A stretch of DNA of 64,000 bases, taken from Adineta vaga (Eukaryota; Animalia; Rotifera). Both the position numbers and the translations under genes were made by a program. The notes beneath the pieces are model-generated. The model made no database searches. It was given only the letters and a program-made list of their open reading frames with translations, and was not told where the DNA came from. The DNA lies in NCBI GenBank assembly GCA_021613535.1, contig CP075492.1, positions 8,494,001-8,558,000 of the forward strand, read 5' to 3'. Shown here piece after piece: positions 50,885-63,216 of the stretch (positions are counted from its first letter, which is position 1; each line of letters begins with the position of its first letter).

Positions 50885-52469
50885 ATGAAATTAACATTAA
50901 CACCATCGAAAAAAGCGAATGAAAATGATACATCAACGGATAATGATGTTTGTATACATGAAGGTTCATCTTATCAAGCCAATATTCCTGTACTTAACTG
51001 CTCATCTTTATCGACTGATCATGATTCAATTCTTTTTTGGAAACCAACCGATTCAATAAGTAATGATGAATTATTAGATTATTTAAATTATGCTCGTCGA
51101 AAACATCGAATGAATGAAGAACAAGCTTTAGCAATCTTGCAAATATGTAAATATAAAATTGGTACAAGTCAATTATTAATGGAACAATATATACCAGAAG
51201 TTGATGAATGGACAGTTGAAGAAAAATTTCTTTTCGAACAAGCGTATAAATTTTATGGAAAAACATTTTCACGTATTCGACAAATGTTACCAGAAAAAAG
51301 TATTGCAGAACTTGTTCGATATTATTATTCTTGGAAGAAAGTACGATTACATAAAAGTCTTATGGATAAACATGAAAAACAATGTCAATTAATGCCCTAT
51401 GATGAAGATGATGATAGTGATGAAGATGAACGAAATACAACATCGATACATTTACCAACAAAGTAAGTCAAAAGAAAATCGATCTTGCACAATAGATGTC
51501 ATTAGAAAATTTACCGAGAAGGTTTATTCTAACAGTTTTCTTGTCATAACCTTGTATTCGAAGGAAATATATCAATTTAATATCGAAAAAAAAACTTCTC
51601 TCTCCTTGGAAATAAAACAGACATCTATGTTTTCATATCGATGAGAGTATCTTCTCGGTTTCAATGTTCTTTCTGTCATTATTCATACTTATAGACAGAG
51701 AACAAAAAAAACAATCTTCTGTATTCGATTAAATACTTCAGACAGTCGTAAAAAGAATGTTTTATTTACCTTGAGAAAATCGTATATATTTGTAATGTTC
51801 TTTTTTTCTTTCAGAGATTTAGATCATCGTCCGAAAACAACCATTGATTCAATGAATAATGAAGATCAAGAATGTTGTAATTGTGAAATACAATGTGAAT
51901 CAATGCATTCAACTCCTAAAGGTATTCTCTGTGATGAATGTTTTGTTTATTGGCAAAGTTCAGGTTTAATGCGACCAGAATTATATCGAACGAAATCAGT
52001 CGTAAAAAAAATGCGACGACCACCGAAAAATATGTCAGTCGATTTCAATACATCTACATCAACAACACTACATGATGATGCTCTGGATAAATTAGAAGAT
52101 GATATTCGTCATGAATTATCGATTATACAATCTCATAATCAATCGATTGAACTTCTAACCAATCAATCTAGAGAAGTCATAGAAACAATGGAAATACCAT
52201 TTTTAACTACAATTCTTAATACAACTGATACGACGACACCAACATGGTCAACAGAAGAAATTCTTCTTGCAATACAAGCTTTTGCTAAATATGGAAAAGA
52301 TTTTCAAACAATAGCACGACTTATTGGTCCAACAAAAAGTCTTCGAGATGTTGAAACTTTTTTTGTTGAATATAGAGAACGTTATCAACTTGATACGATC
52401 ATAGATATGAATTCGAAATCGAATACTAATGTACAAAAAAATGTTGATGAAATTGTTTTTGTTAATTAA
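50885..52469 (+). CDS. RCOR: REST corepressor (CoREST)-like: ELM2, SANT, C4 finger, SANT
   Basis: IHEGSSYQANIP, EEQALAIL, WTVEEKFLFEQA..FYGKTFSRIRQMLPEKSIAELVRYYYSWKK, RRPPKNM and WSTEEILLAIQAFAKYGKDF..IA. Confidence 0.88.
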
Positions 52470-52552
52470 ACATGTTCTATTATTTACTTTTGTTGTAACG
52501 ATAGGTAATAGAAAGAAAATTATCTTTTCTTCTTCTTCTTCTCATTTCAGAT

Positions 52553-53627
52553 ATGGAAGAAATTATCCTTTCTCTTGAACCAGCATTTCATCGAATTGAA
52601 CGATTCTTACTATGGCATAATAAATATGCTAGTTTCATTGCATTCATTCTTGGTCATGGCATTTTCTATGCTATTGCTCGAGCTGGTTTACGTCCATTTT
52701 GTGCTATTACAATTGTTCTATTGATTTTACATATATTAGATTGTATCAAAAAGAAACGTGTTACTACCGAAGAAAAGAATCTCTCAGAATTAACTCAACT
52801 TGTTTTAAAATCTTATCGACGTACATGGCAAACACATGAACAATTAAATGTTATTAAAACTGAAAATCGATCGAAATATTCATTAATTATTCTTATTATT
52901 TGTTTCATTCTTGCATATATTGGTATGAAAATGAGTGGATTTTATGTTTCATATATCGTGATGTTTATACTTTTCACATTACCAGCAATTGTTTATCATA
53001 AAATAATACCAAAATTACTTAAACGATTAGCTCCAATTCTTGAACAACTTGATCAATCGATGTAAGTGATAGAAAATGATCAATAAATCAGTTGTAGAAT
53101 GATTTTTATCTAGGGAATATAAACGACGTACATTAATTGATAGAAAAGATCTATTAGTTAAAATCAAAACTCCAGGTATGAATGAAAATGATGATGATGA
53201 TGATGAAGATGTACGAAAATTGAAATTACAAAAAAATCAAACACATACAACAAAGGCTCGTTCATTGAATACAAGTGATGATGATGATGATGAAAAACTT
53301 ATTTCGACAAAAACTGAAAATACATTTTTAACGAATCGTCATCAGACAAATTTCGATACGCTTAGTGATTCATCGTCGTCAACAACAGCAGATGATGAAA
53401 CGTCTCATATTACTGATTTATATGCAAATGTTGGAAATAAAATTGATGGTAAACAGCGAATTAAAATCAAAGGTGATGAAATAAAAATCAAAGGATATTC
53501 GAATCGACAACGATCAAAATTAATCAATACAGATGTTTTTCAATTAGATCGAAATACGAAAAAATCTCTTGGCGAACCAGATCTAAGTGGTTTTGATTTT
53601 CTCAATGACTATGATGAACAATCTTAA
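52553..53627 (+). CDS. RETREG: Reticulophagy regulator (FAM134/RETREG-like)
   Basis: Reticulon-like paired hydrophobic hairpins ending PILEQLDQSM.YK, an acidic disordered tail and a terminal LIR-like GFDFL motif. Confidence 0.7.
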
Positions 53628-53807
53628 ATTTGTACAAAATATAAATGTGTTTTACGAGAGTTTACGTGTGTGTGTGTGTGTGTATGTTGTTGTTCGTATT
53701 TGTGAACAGTTGATGTTTTGATTTGTTTTTTTAATCGATAAAAGAAAATAAAATTCCTCAATTCTTGGCGTTGTTTGTTTTTGTTTTATTTCTTATAGAT
53801 TTTCTAA

Positions 53808-54800
53808 ATGCTATTGATTACTAGATTGTTTTTCTTTCGACAGATTCGAACAATGACAACACAGAAAGTTTCATATTTAACACAACAACAATCAAAAGAT
53901 ATCGACGAAGAACTCTTTCATGAATACAAATTTAGTGTTGATCAATTGATGGAATTAGCAGGATTAAGTTCTGCATCAGTTATTGGTAAGAAAAGAAATC
54001 TTGAATGTAAATAGATCATTAATGAATTCTTTCATTGATGTCGATTAACTACATCAGACAATATCTAAGTTGTTTTGCGTCATCGACTGATTAGGTCATA
54101 ATAGAAATGCTTTTGTAATGATTACATTCGATTGATGTTCATTGTAATATGACCATATTTTTACGGTATAGAAAGAGAAGACGTGACCATAAGATTGTTT
54201 ATGTTATTACGAAGACTTTATTTCTTGTCTTTAGCTAAAGCATATAGTGATACGAAGAAATATTCAAATTGTCTTGTGGTTGTTGGTGGTGGTAATAATG
54301 GTGGTGACGGTCTTGTATGTGCTCGTCATTTGAAATTATTTGGTTATGATCCAACAATTGTTTATCCTAAACGAACTGATAAAGAATTATATAAAAATTT
54401 GACACATCAATGTGAAAAAATGGATATAAAAATTCTTGATAAAATTCCAACGGAATCTAAAATTGATTTAATTGTGGATGCAATCTTTGGTTTCGGGTTT
54501 TCCGGTGAAATTCGTGAACCATTTGGAAGTATTCTTAAAGAATTAAAACATTTCGAAAAGACCATACCAATCGTTTCAATTGATGTACCAAGTGGATGGA
54601 ATGTTGAAAATGGTCCAATTAATGATGAAAGTCTTCAACCTGAATGTGTTATTTCTTTAACAGCACCAAAAAGTTGTATGAAACATTTTCAAGGAAAATA
54701 TCATTTCTTAGGCGGACGATTTGTTCCTCAAGCTTTACAAAATAAATATCAAATTATTCTTCCCGATTATTCGGGTAGTGAACAAATCGTTCAAATCTAA
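53808..54800 (+). CDS. NAXE: NAD(P)H-hydrate epimerase (YjeF_N)
   Basis: [61 protein letters not shown] and HFLGGRFVP. Confidence 0.95.
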
Positions 54801-54847
54801 ACGAAAGCAAATATAAAATAAATGCTATATTTTTAATTGATTTTTAG

Positions 54848-56182
54848 ATGTCTCCTTTATTAATTCTTGATCCACGACAACCACTCTCAATTGATTCATT
54901 TGAATTTCTTTATCAAGCACTTGCAAAAGAAATTAATTCAATCTATGCACCAGTTAGAGATGGTCTTGCACTTCTAGCTGGTTGTTATATATTGAAAAAA
55001 TTATTACCTGTTCCATATTATTGTTATAGAACGATAAAACTCTATTTTATTCCATATAAAATCAATTCAGTTCTTATCAAAACACCAGTAACAACACAAT
55101 CACATAGTAACGGTTTATCATCATCAGATCATGATGAACATTGGGCATTAATTAATGATTGTACGACACCAAGTGGTTGTGCATTTGCACAAAATCTTGC
55201 AGTAAATTGATTTTCTTTACGAATTTCAAATGAATATTAAAATAATTTCTCTCTTTATTTTCAAAGAAACGAGGTTATAATTTAATTTTGGTTTCAACTG
55301 AAGAATTACAAGAAGAATTAAAATTACTTTCAACACATATCGAACGAACATTTCTAATTCGTACTGTAACAGTTATCTATCGATGGAATAGTCCACAACA
55401 ACCATTAGAATTAACTTCTCCAATGACAAATGTCACTGGAACATGGTCAACAACAACAACAACACCACCAACAGTTGGTCAAACATCTTTAGCAAAAAAA
55501 TTTCATCGAGCAGGATCATTTGATCGTTTGGAAACAATTGAAACAATAGCACGAAATGCCAATCTTGTTCTATATATCAATTGTACAAGACCATTTAATG
55601 ATCGAAATCTTTCGAAAACACTCAATCCAGCCGAATTTCAATCCATTGTTAATAATTATCTCATACCACCAATGCAATTAGCATATATTGTAACTATTTC
55701 TTTTCCATAAATATAACAATATGATTTCATTCTATTTCCATTAGGTTCTTCCGTTTATGTCAGTTCGTCGTCAACCTGCCTATGTTTTGAATGTTGTTCC
55801 ACATCAATCTTGTCTCAACTCAACTCTGCATCGTTTATTAACTATTTATTTCAATGCACGTAAAGATGAATATTCTCGTCGTAGTTTACTTCATTTTCAA
55901 ACCGTTTATTTACCCATTCGATGGATTCGTTCATCAACAGATGTTCGTACAGTTGAAAATTTTCAAAAATATATCTTATCAAAACATGGTTTAAATGAAA
56001 ATGATAAATTAATATGGGGCTCATGTAAACCACAAGTCTATGTTGATACAATTCTTCGTCAATTAGGTCGATGTGATCATAGTGCTGGCTATTGGTTAAA
56101 TGCACTTCATTTAACATGTCTTTCAATTCTACCTCGTTTTCTTTCACATAAACTTATTGATTATTGGCTTTTAACGAAATAA
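54848..56182 (+). CDS. HSDL1/HSD17B12-like short-chain dehydrogenase homolog, degenerate cofactor motif
   Basis: IDSFEFLY..RDGLALLAG N-terminus, WALINDCTTPSGCAFAQNLAKRGYNLILVS (compare WAVVTGxxxGIG..A..LA.RG), VLPFM..R and C-terminal LG....AGYW..H. Confidence 0.68.
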
Positions 56183-56329
56183 TTTTCTCAGTCGATCGAG
56201 AAACGTTTTGTCCATAAATAGAATCCGAAAAGAAAACCTAGTATTGGCGTTTTGATTTTTTTGAATGATTCTCATAGAGAGAAGAAAATATTTGTCCTCT
56301 TCTTCTTCTTTTTTTTAGATCAATTTCCT

Positions 56330-58243
56330 ATGGAACTTGATGAACAAACTCTTCTTCAATCTTTAATCAAAGATTCATCAAATGAATCGTCTACTTCAAT
56401 TGATTACACACCCTATCTTCCCTATTTACAAACATTATTTACCTATGATACTGAACGTTTACATCGTGAATTAGAATATTTAAATGATGAAAAATGTTCG
56501 AAATCAACTCAAATGTTATCATTAACATTTGATAATTATTCAACATTTATTCAAACAGCTGAATGTTCAAAAAATATTTCAAATGATTTTTCAACAATTG
56601 AAGATCGTCTATCATTAATACTAAATCAACTTGATGATTTTAGTTCCTGTTGTCAAACATTCATTCGTGAAACTGAACAAACTAATTCTCTTCGAAAACA
56701 AAATATGTTTACATTACAAAAATATCCACAATTATTAGAAATACTTGAAATACCGCAAATCATGGATACATGTGTACGAAATGATTATTATGATGAAGCT
56801 TTGGAAATTGTTACATATTGTAAGCGTTTAGAACGGAAATTTTCTTTACCATTAAATAAAACAACATCTAATACAACTTTACATATACCATTGATAACAA
56901 ATATTGTCAGTGATGTTCGTCTATCATTAGAATATATGCTTGAACAATTAATTAATCAACTTCAAACAAATATTCAATTACCTGCTTGTTTACGTATTAT
57001 GGGTTTTATTCGTCGAATGGATATCTATAATGAATTAGAATTACGTCTATGTTTTCTACAAGCACGTACACATTTCTTAGAGAAACGTTTAGATTTAATT
57101 CAAAAGCAATATTCTACAACGAATACATCCGATTATTATGAACATGCATCGAAATATATTGATGAAACACGTAATATACTTTTCGATATTGTTACACAAT
57201 ATCGTGCATTATTTAGTGATGATGATACAACATTGTATGTGACATTTAATCGAAATGAATTTATTAAAGAAACAAATCTATTTCGTTCATGGTTAGTGTA
57301 TCGTTTAAATGAATTTTTAAAAGTTTTACAAGTTGATTTACAACATTGTAGTGGTAAGATTTAAAAGATTTTTAATGAACAAATCAATCAATCGACTCAT
57401 CGTTGTTTTGTTTCTTTTTCTCATTTAGGTTCACAATATCAACGACTTGAATCACTTCTTGGTCAAGTCATGTATTTTGGTGCATCATTTTCACGTTATG
57501 GTTTTGATTTTCGACCATTATTTATTCAATTTTTTTCTCGAACAGCTTTAACTAATTTTCAAAATTCATTACACGAAGGCAATCATTTATTTGAACAGTT
57601 ACTACATTCTTTTACATTCGATCAATATGTTCAAATACCATCATCCGACACGTCAACTACTGCAACGAATCCATTTATTCCACCAATGATTCTTGTTAGT
57701 TATACACCATTAGCTGTTTATTGTAATACTGTTCTCACAGCATTTAATGATCTTCGACTTTGTTGTCCTTTATCAACCGTTCGAACAGTGAAACAATATC
57801 TAACGGATTCATTATTAGATATTCGAAATCATTTGTTGAATTATTATAAATCTGAAAAGGTGACATTAACAATTATTGAATCTGAACATTTTATCGATTT
57901 TCTACGTATTTTTATTTCGATCTTTATTCCATATATTGATACTTGTATTCAAGCATTATTTCCTGATGCTCAATTATCTCGTGAATTAGGTGTATCTGTA
58001 TTAGATGTGAGTGAAAAAATGAAATTAAATCGAATTGATATTGAAAATATAATTGAACCAATTCGAACGATTATTGAATCCATGGCTCCAAAAAAGACAC
58101 TAATAAATGAAACTAGTTTAAATAAAAAAGAAGATTCTCCTCCTCCTCCTCCTGCATCCAAGGAACCAGAAGAAGAGGGCGAACAACAACAACAGGAAGA
58201 AAAACTTGAAGAGACCGATAATAAATCAGACATTACAGAATAA
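56330..58243 (+). CDS. COG8: Conserved oligomeric Golgi complex subunit 8
   Basis: FDNYSTFIQTAECS, LLEILEIPQIMDTCVRNDYYDEAL, IQLPACLRIMGFIRR, LFDIVTQYRALFSD, MYFGASFSRYGFDFR and AFNDLRLCCP. Confidence 0.93.
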
Positions 58244-58450
58244 TTTATGCAAATTTCTTTCTTTTTTCGCTTTTAATATTGTTATTATTTTATTCAAATA
58301 AACTGCATGGGAGGAAAAGAAAGGGAATCCATTCTCTTAACTATAATATAAACCATTTATTAGAAGAATAAACTTTAGAATTAAAATCACCTTAGAAAAA
58401 AAAGCATGCACGCAAGATAAAAAATATAAATCATGGAATAGTTATTTGTA

Positions 58451-60569
58451 TTAGAATCGATCTGCACTATCGAAACCGGTAAATGTTGGTGGCGCTGCTG
58501 ATAATTGAGCGAGTCTAGAAAAGATATATGTATTAATCTATCTGTCATTAGAATGTTCTTACTGTCTAGAATAGTAAATATAAATTGCAGCTGCTAAGCC
58601 TGTAGTAATCGCCATGCCACCACCTAAACCTATGCCTAAACCTAATTTTAATCTAAGATTTTCATCTTCGAGTTCTTTGATGCGATTTGTTGAAGCTAAA
58701 TTGATAGTTGTTGTTGATGTTGTATCAGTAGTAGTAGTTTGAGTTGTAAATGTTGAATATAAATCGGGACATGTGAAGTTAACTGTTTCATTGGTTCGAC
58801 AATTCCATCTACTACAAACATCGAAGCATGCAGTCGTTGTAGTCGTTGTAGTAGCTAAATAGAAGTAGAAATATAGATTCGATTATTTTTATCTATTAAA
58901 TATTTATCAATAATTAAGAATTAAATATGATTTTTTTCTTTATACCAACTCAAGTACTATATAGTTCTCCTTTCTAATGCATATAATTCTATTTGTATTC
59001 GCTCTATTTACTTGTTGTCGTCGTGGTTGTTGTTGTAGTCGTTGTAGTAGTAGTACTGGTAGTACTGGTGCTAGTGGTACTAGAAGTACTGGTACTAGTG
59101 GTGCTAGTAGTACTAGTACTAGTTGTGGAAGAAGTACTAGTACTAGTTGTGGAAGAAGTACTAGTACTAGTTGTGGAAGAAGTACTAGTACTAGTCGTAG
59201 AAGAAGTACTAGTACTTGAAGTGCTAGTAGTAGTTGACGTGCTTGAAGTCGAAGTACTTGTGGTACTGGTGCTACTTGATGTGCTTGATGTTGAAGTACT
59301 GGATGTAGATGTAGAACTACTGGAACTGGTACTTGTAGTGCTAGTACTTGTTGACGTGCTTGAAGTCGAAGTACTCGAAGTGGATGTAGAACTAGTACTT
59401 GTAGAGGTACTGGAACTTGTTGTAGAACTAGTACTTGTAGAACTAGTACTTGTAGAGCTAGTGCTAGTTGAGGTAGTCGAAGTTGATGTAGAGCTGGTGC
59501 TAGTTGATGTGCTCGATGTTGAAGTTGTTGTGCTAGACGTTGATGTTGAGGAAGTAGTTGAGGTACTCGTAGTTGTTGAAGCTGTGTCTGTTGTTGTAGT
59601 AGAAGTAGATGATGTTGTACTAGTAGTGCCCGTGGTGGAGGCTGTTGACGTTGTTGAAGTCGTTGATGTAGTGCTAGTAGAGGAAGTTGATGTGCTCGAT
59701 GTTGTTGATGTAGTACTAGTAGTATCCGTAGTGGTAGTTGATGTTGTCGAGGTAGTTGATGTAGTGCTAGTAGTGACAGTAGTGGTAGTCGATGTTGTCG
59801 AGGTAGTTGATGTAGTGCTAGTAGTGGCAGTAGTGGTAGTCGATGTTGTCGAGGTTGTCGATGAAGTACTAGTAGTAGCCGTAGTAGTAGTCGATGTTGT
59901 TGAGGTCGTCGATGTAGTACTAGTAGTAGCCGTAGTGGTAGTTGATGTTGTCGAAGTCGTTGATGAAGTGCTGGTAGTGCCGGTAGTGGTCGTGGATGTG
60001 CTAGTCGTTGTTGTGGAGGTACTGGTAGATGTTGTTGAGGTTGTCGATGAAGTGCTGGTAGTGTCCGTGGTGGTGGTAGTGCTGGTAGAAGTGCTAGTTG
60101 ATGTTGTAGAGGTACTGGTAGATGTTGCCGAGGTCGTTGATGAAGTACTAGTAGTGCTCGTGGTGGTGGAGGTACTAGTTGATGTTGTCGATGACGAAGT
60201 ACTGGTAGTTGAAGTTGTACGTGTTGTCATTTCTGAGGTATCCATCATTTGTGTCGAAGTACAGACACATGAACATGATTCATCACATTGCATTGTACTA
60301 CGTTTGTAGCGCATGTGAAGGTCATCGAACGACTGTTTTGCAAGAGAAATATCTATTATTCGTATTCACAATAGATATATATGATTAATATTATAAACAA
60401 ATAAGAACATACCTTGCTTTGTTGGTAAACTGTTCGTAAGAGACCAACTTGTTAAAATTAGGAACCACAATAAATATCTTGATCCACCCTATCATTTAGA
60501 GAAACAGAGAGTTTATATATATATATATATATCTTCTATATCATTGAATATCATGATTACAAGTTTCAT
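58451..60569 (-). CDS. Type I membrane mucin-like protein (about 400 aa Ser/Thr tract between small Cys clusters)
   Basis: Spliced model has a signal peptide (YLLWFLILTSWS), CDESCSCVC, the T/S tract, CFDVCSRWNC..C, a TM helix LGLGIGLGGGMAITTGLAAAIYIYY and a short tail ending at TAA 58453-58451. Confidence 0.78.
59010..60235 (-). repeat. Coding Thr/Ser low-complexity minisatellite
   Basis: Includes tandem 24-bp units GGAAGAAGTACTAGTACTAGTTGT near 59107-59215 and degenerate ~39-bp units near 59700-59980. Confidence 0.9.
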
Positions 60570-63216
60570 TGGGAAACAATATTCTAACCGATCAGAATGC
60601 ATGCTATCTTTTATGCTAGTAAAGATGTCCAAAATTTTTAAGTAGAAAAACGTATGTTGTCAACTTGAAATTGATTGAACATGAATATTTTGATATTATC
60701 GATTGATCGATATTTTTATTTTTACTGTCTAGATATCAGTCTCTTTATTTCCTGGGCATTAATACTGTGGTACGTCTATAAGTCCAGCTGAGATAATGAT
60801 TGTGTTTCTTTTATATTTTTCATTACCACCTACTGTCATTAAATAATCTTTCTTTTATTTTTATTTGAAAAAAGCTTCGATCAAATATATATCTTTCTTG
60901 ATTAAATTTTTCAATGAAAGTATATGAAGAAAGTATGATTGTATTCTACATAAGTCGACAGCTATTACAATCATTCTCGATCAACTTCAAACCATAGAAA
61001 GATCAGAATAATCCTGTAATGATGAACTTCTACTTCTTCCGATCAAGTTAACAGGAATAATGTACTTCAAACTGTAGAGATCATGTCGAACTCTCTATAT
61101 GTATGTTTTAAAATGGATGGGTATCTATTTACTCATCGTCTCTGTAGTCGACAGAAACTTTTTCGATATAAGTTATTCATCTTTTCATGGGAAAAATTAA
61201 GAAATCAATAGCTTACCATTTCGAGATTATATGATTATCACCAAAGAATAAACTTGTTTGATTTCTATCTATCTATAATATATATATATATATATATGTT
61301 TCATCTTATTCATACCTAGATTAATGATAAAAGCCAATGTTACTGACATGAAAATTGCAACAATATACGTTGATACAATACGATCATCGAATTCGTAGAA
61401 CTCTATGTCGATAACAGTAAACCCCTACTGGATTAAAATATTCCTTAAAAAAAATATTGAATGTTCGATGCAATAAAAAGTCCAAACTCTGTATTATGTT
61501 CACTGCCTCTCTCTCTCTGTGACGGCAGCCGTTATTCATAGAAAATATGATATTCTGCGATCTGTAAATTCAAATTTGAAATATGAAAATAAATATTGAT
61601 GTCAAACGTTTCGAAATAACTCATTAACTTCAACTTCAAATCGAAAACCCCTTCTAAATAACAAATTCTCTTTATGATTATGTTTGCTTTGTCATTTTAG
61701 AAATCCAGCTGCCTTTTCATACCGAGGGGTGGAGGGATTTACTTTAGCTCAAATGTTGTATTTAAAAGCAAAGAAAGAAACGATGTGAATGAAAAAGTTT
61801 TTGGAATATATATGTAAGGTGCTTTTTTTGCATTATCTGATGCAGTTTTAGACGCTGATTACGAATATCTATTTTGTCTTAAATTTTTGCATATGTTGTA
61901 AAAAGATACACTTTTCAAACGGAAGGAAGATTTTGCTAAGGATAAAAAGTAAACATGCCTGATCAGCATCTAAAAGCCCATCGGATAATGTGAAGAAAAA
62001 CGGCAAAAACGAATTTTCTCTCAACGTTTGCATTGCTTGCATTTTATACATTTATATATATATTTTGTTTTTTTCTTAATTTTTCTGTTTGCATACTCTT
62101 TTCGTCAATAGCGAACAGAAAGTATCAGAACAAAAATTCGCTTGAAAAGAAGAAGAAGAGAGAAAGATTAACATAATAGAAAGGAGAACCGATTTAGTGC
62201 GCAAGAATATTTGACACTATATGTCAGCAATAAAACGTATATGTACAAATTTGTTTTTCATTTCTAGAGTTAAATTATTTGCTTGATTACATATGTAAAC
62301 GATGAAAAGTGTACTTTTCTTCCAACAACATGTCTTCATTGTATTAATTATCAAACGATTAAAAAAAACGACTAGTTCTTTTTAGTTATTGTAAGAATTT
62401 TAACGACCAGTTATGTTCTTACTGTGTACAGAAAATACTGATTAAACTATTAATAATCATAGATTTGTTTGCCTGAAGAATACAAATGCCATTTTTCGAA
62501 ACGTACAAGTACTTCAATCGAAATGGTTTTGAAAGCCTTAGAAAAGCTTGCTAAGCAATTACATACAATAAAAACAAAAACGTACAAAATGAAATAGAAG
62601 ACTTGATTTTAACAAAAGAAAAACATCGATGAAAAGTGTCAAACGAACATCGACATATCTTGCTAAAATTTGCTTTCCTCGAATCATGTTTATAAGCTTG
62701 ATTATAACTCTATACACTCGCAACTCTTACCAGACGACTTTAAAATGTTTATTTTATTTAAAAAAAAAGAACTCTTTACAATGTCATACATCTGTCAAAA
62801 CTGTCTATTTAACTTTGACATTGAAATTATGTTTAGCAGTACTTGAGAGATATAACTGATATACTTTCTAAGAATTGAATTGATTAAAATATACGCTTTG
62901 TTATTCTCTATATTGAAGTTTATATCATCAAAAATGAAAGAAAGTATGACGGTCAATTATCATTTTTTAATTTTTTACACGGATATTTTGCCACGTTTTA
63001 TATTACATTTACTCTCTCTTTCCACATCATCGACGATATGTTTCCAAAGTTTATTACTTGTCATTTTCTTTCTGTTCTCTAGCTGTAACCAACGTCACGA
63101 AAATATCTTGTATCTACAGGTGGTATTTTTCTTTAGAAAGAAACAAAAAAATCCAAAACTTTCTTGACAACAACATATCTTTTTAACAAGAAAAATAAGA
63201 ACATTCTGTTATCATT

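Noticed and set aside
58993-60309. 438-aa Val-rich + strand ORF (and the overlapping 58977-59219 ORF)
   Set aside because: Antisense shadow of the Thr/Ser mucin codons. The - strand has the signal peptide, splice sites and TM helix.
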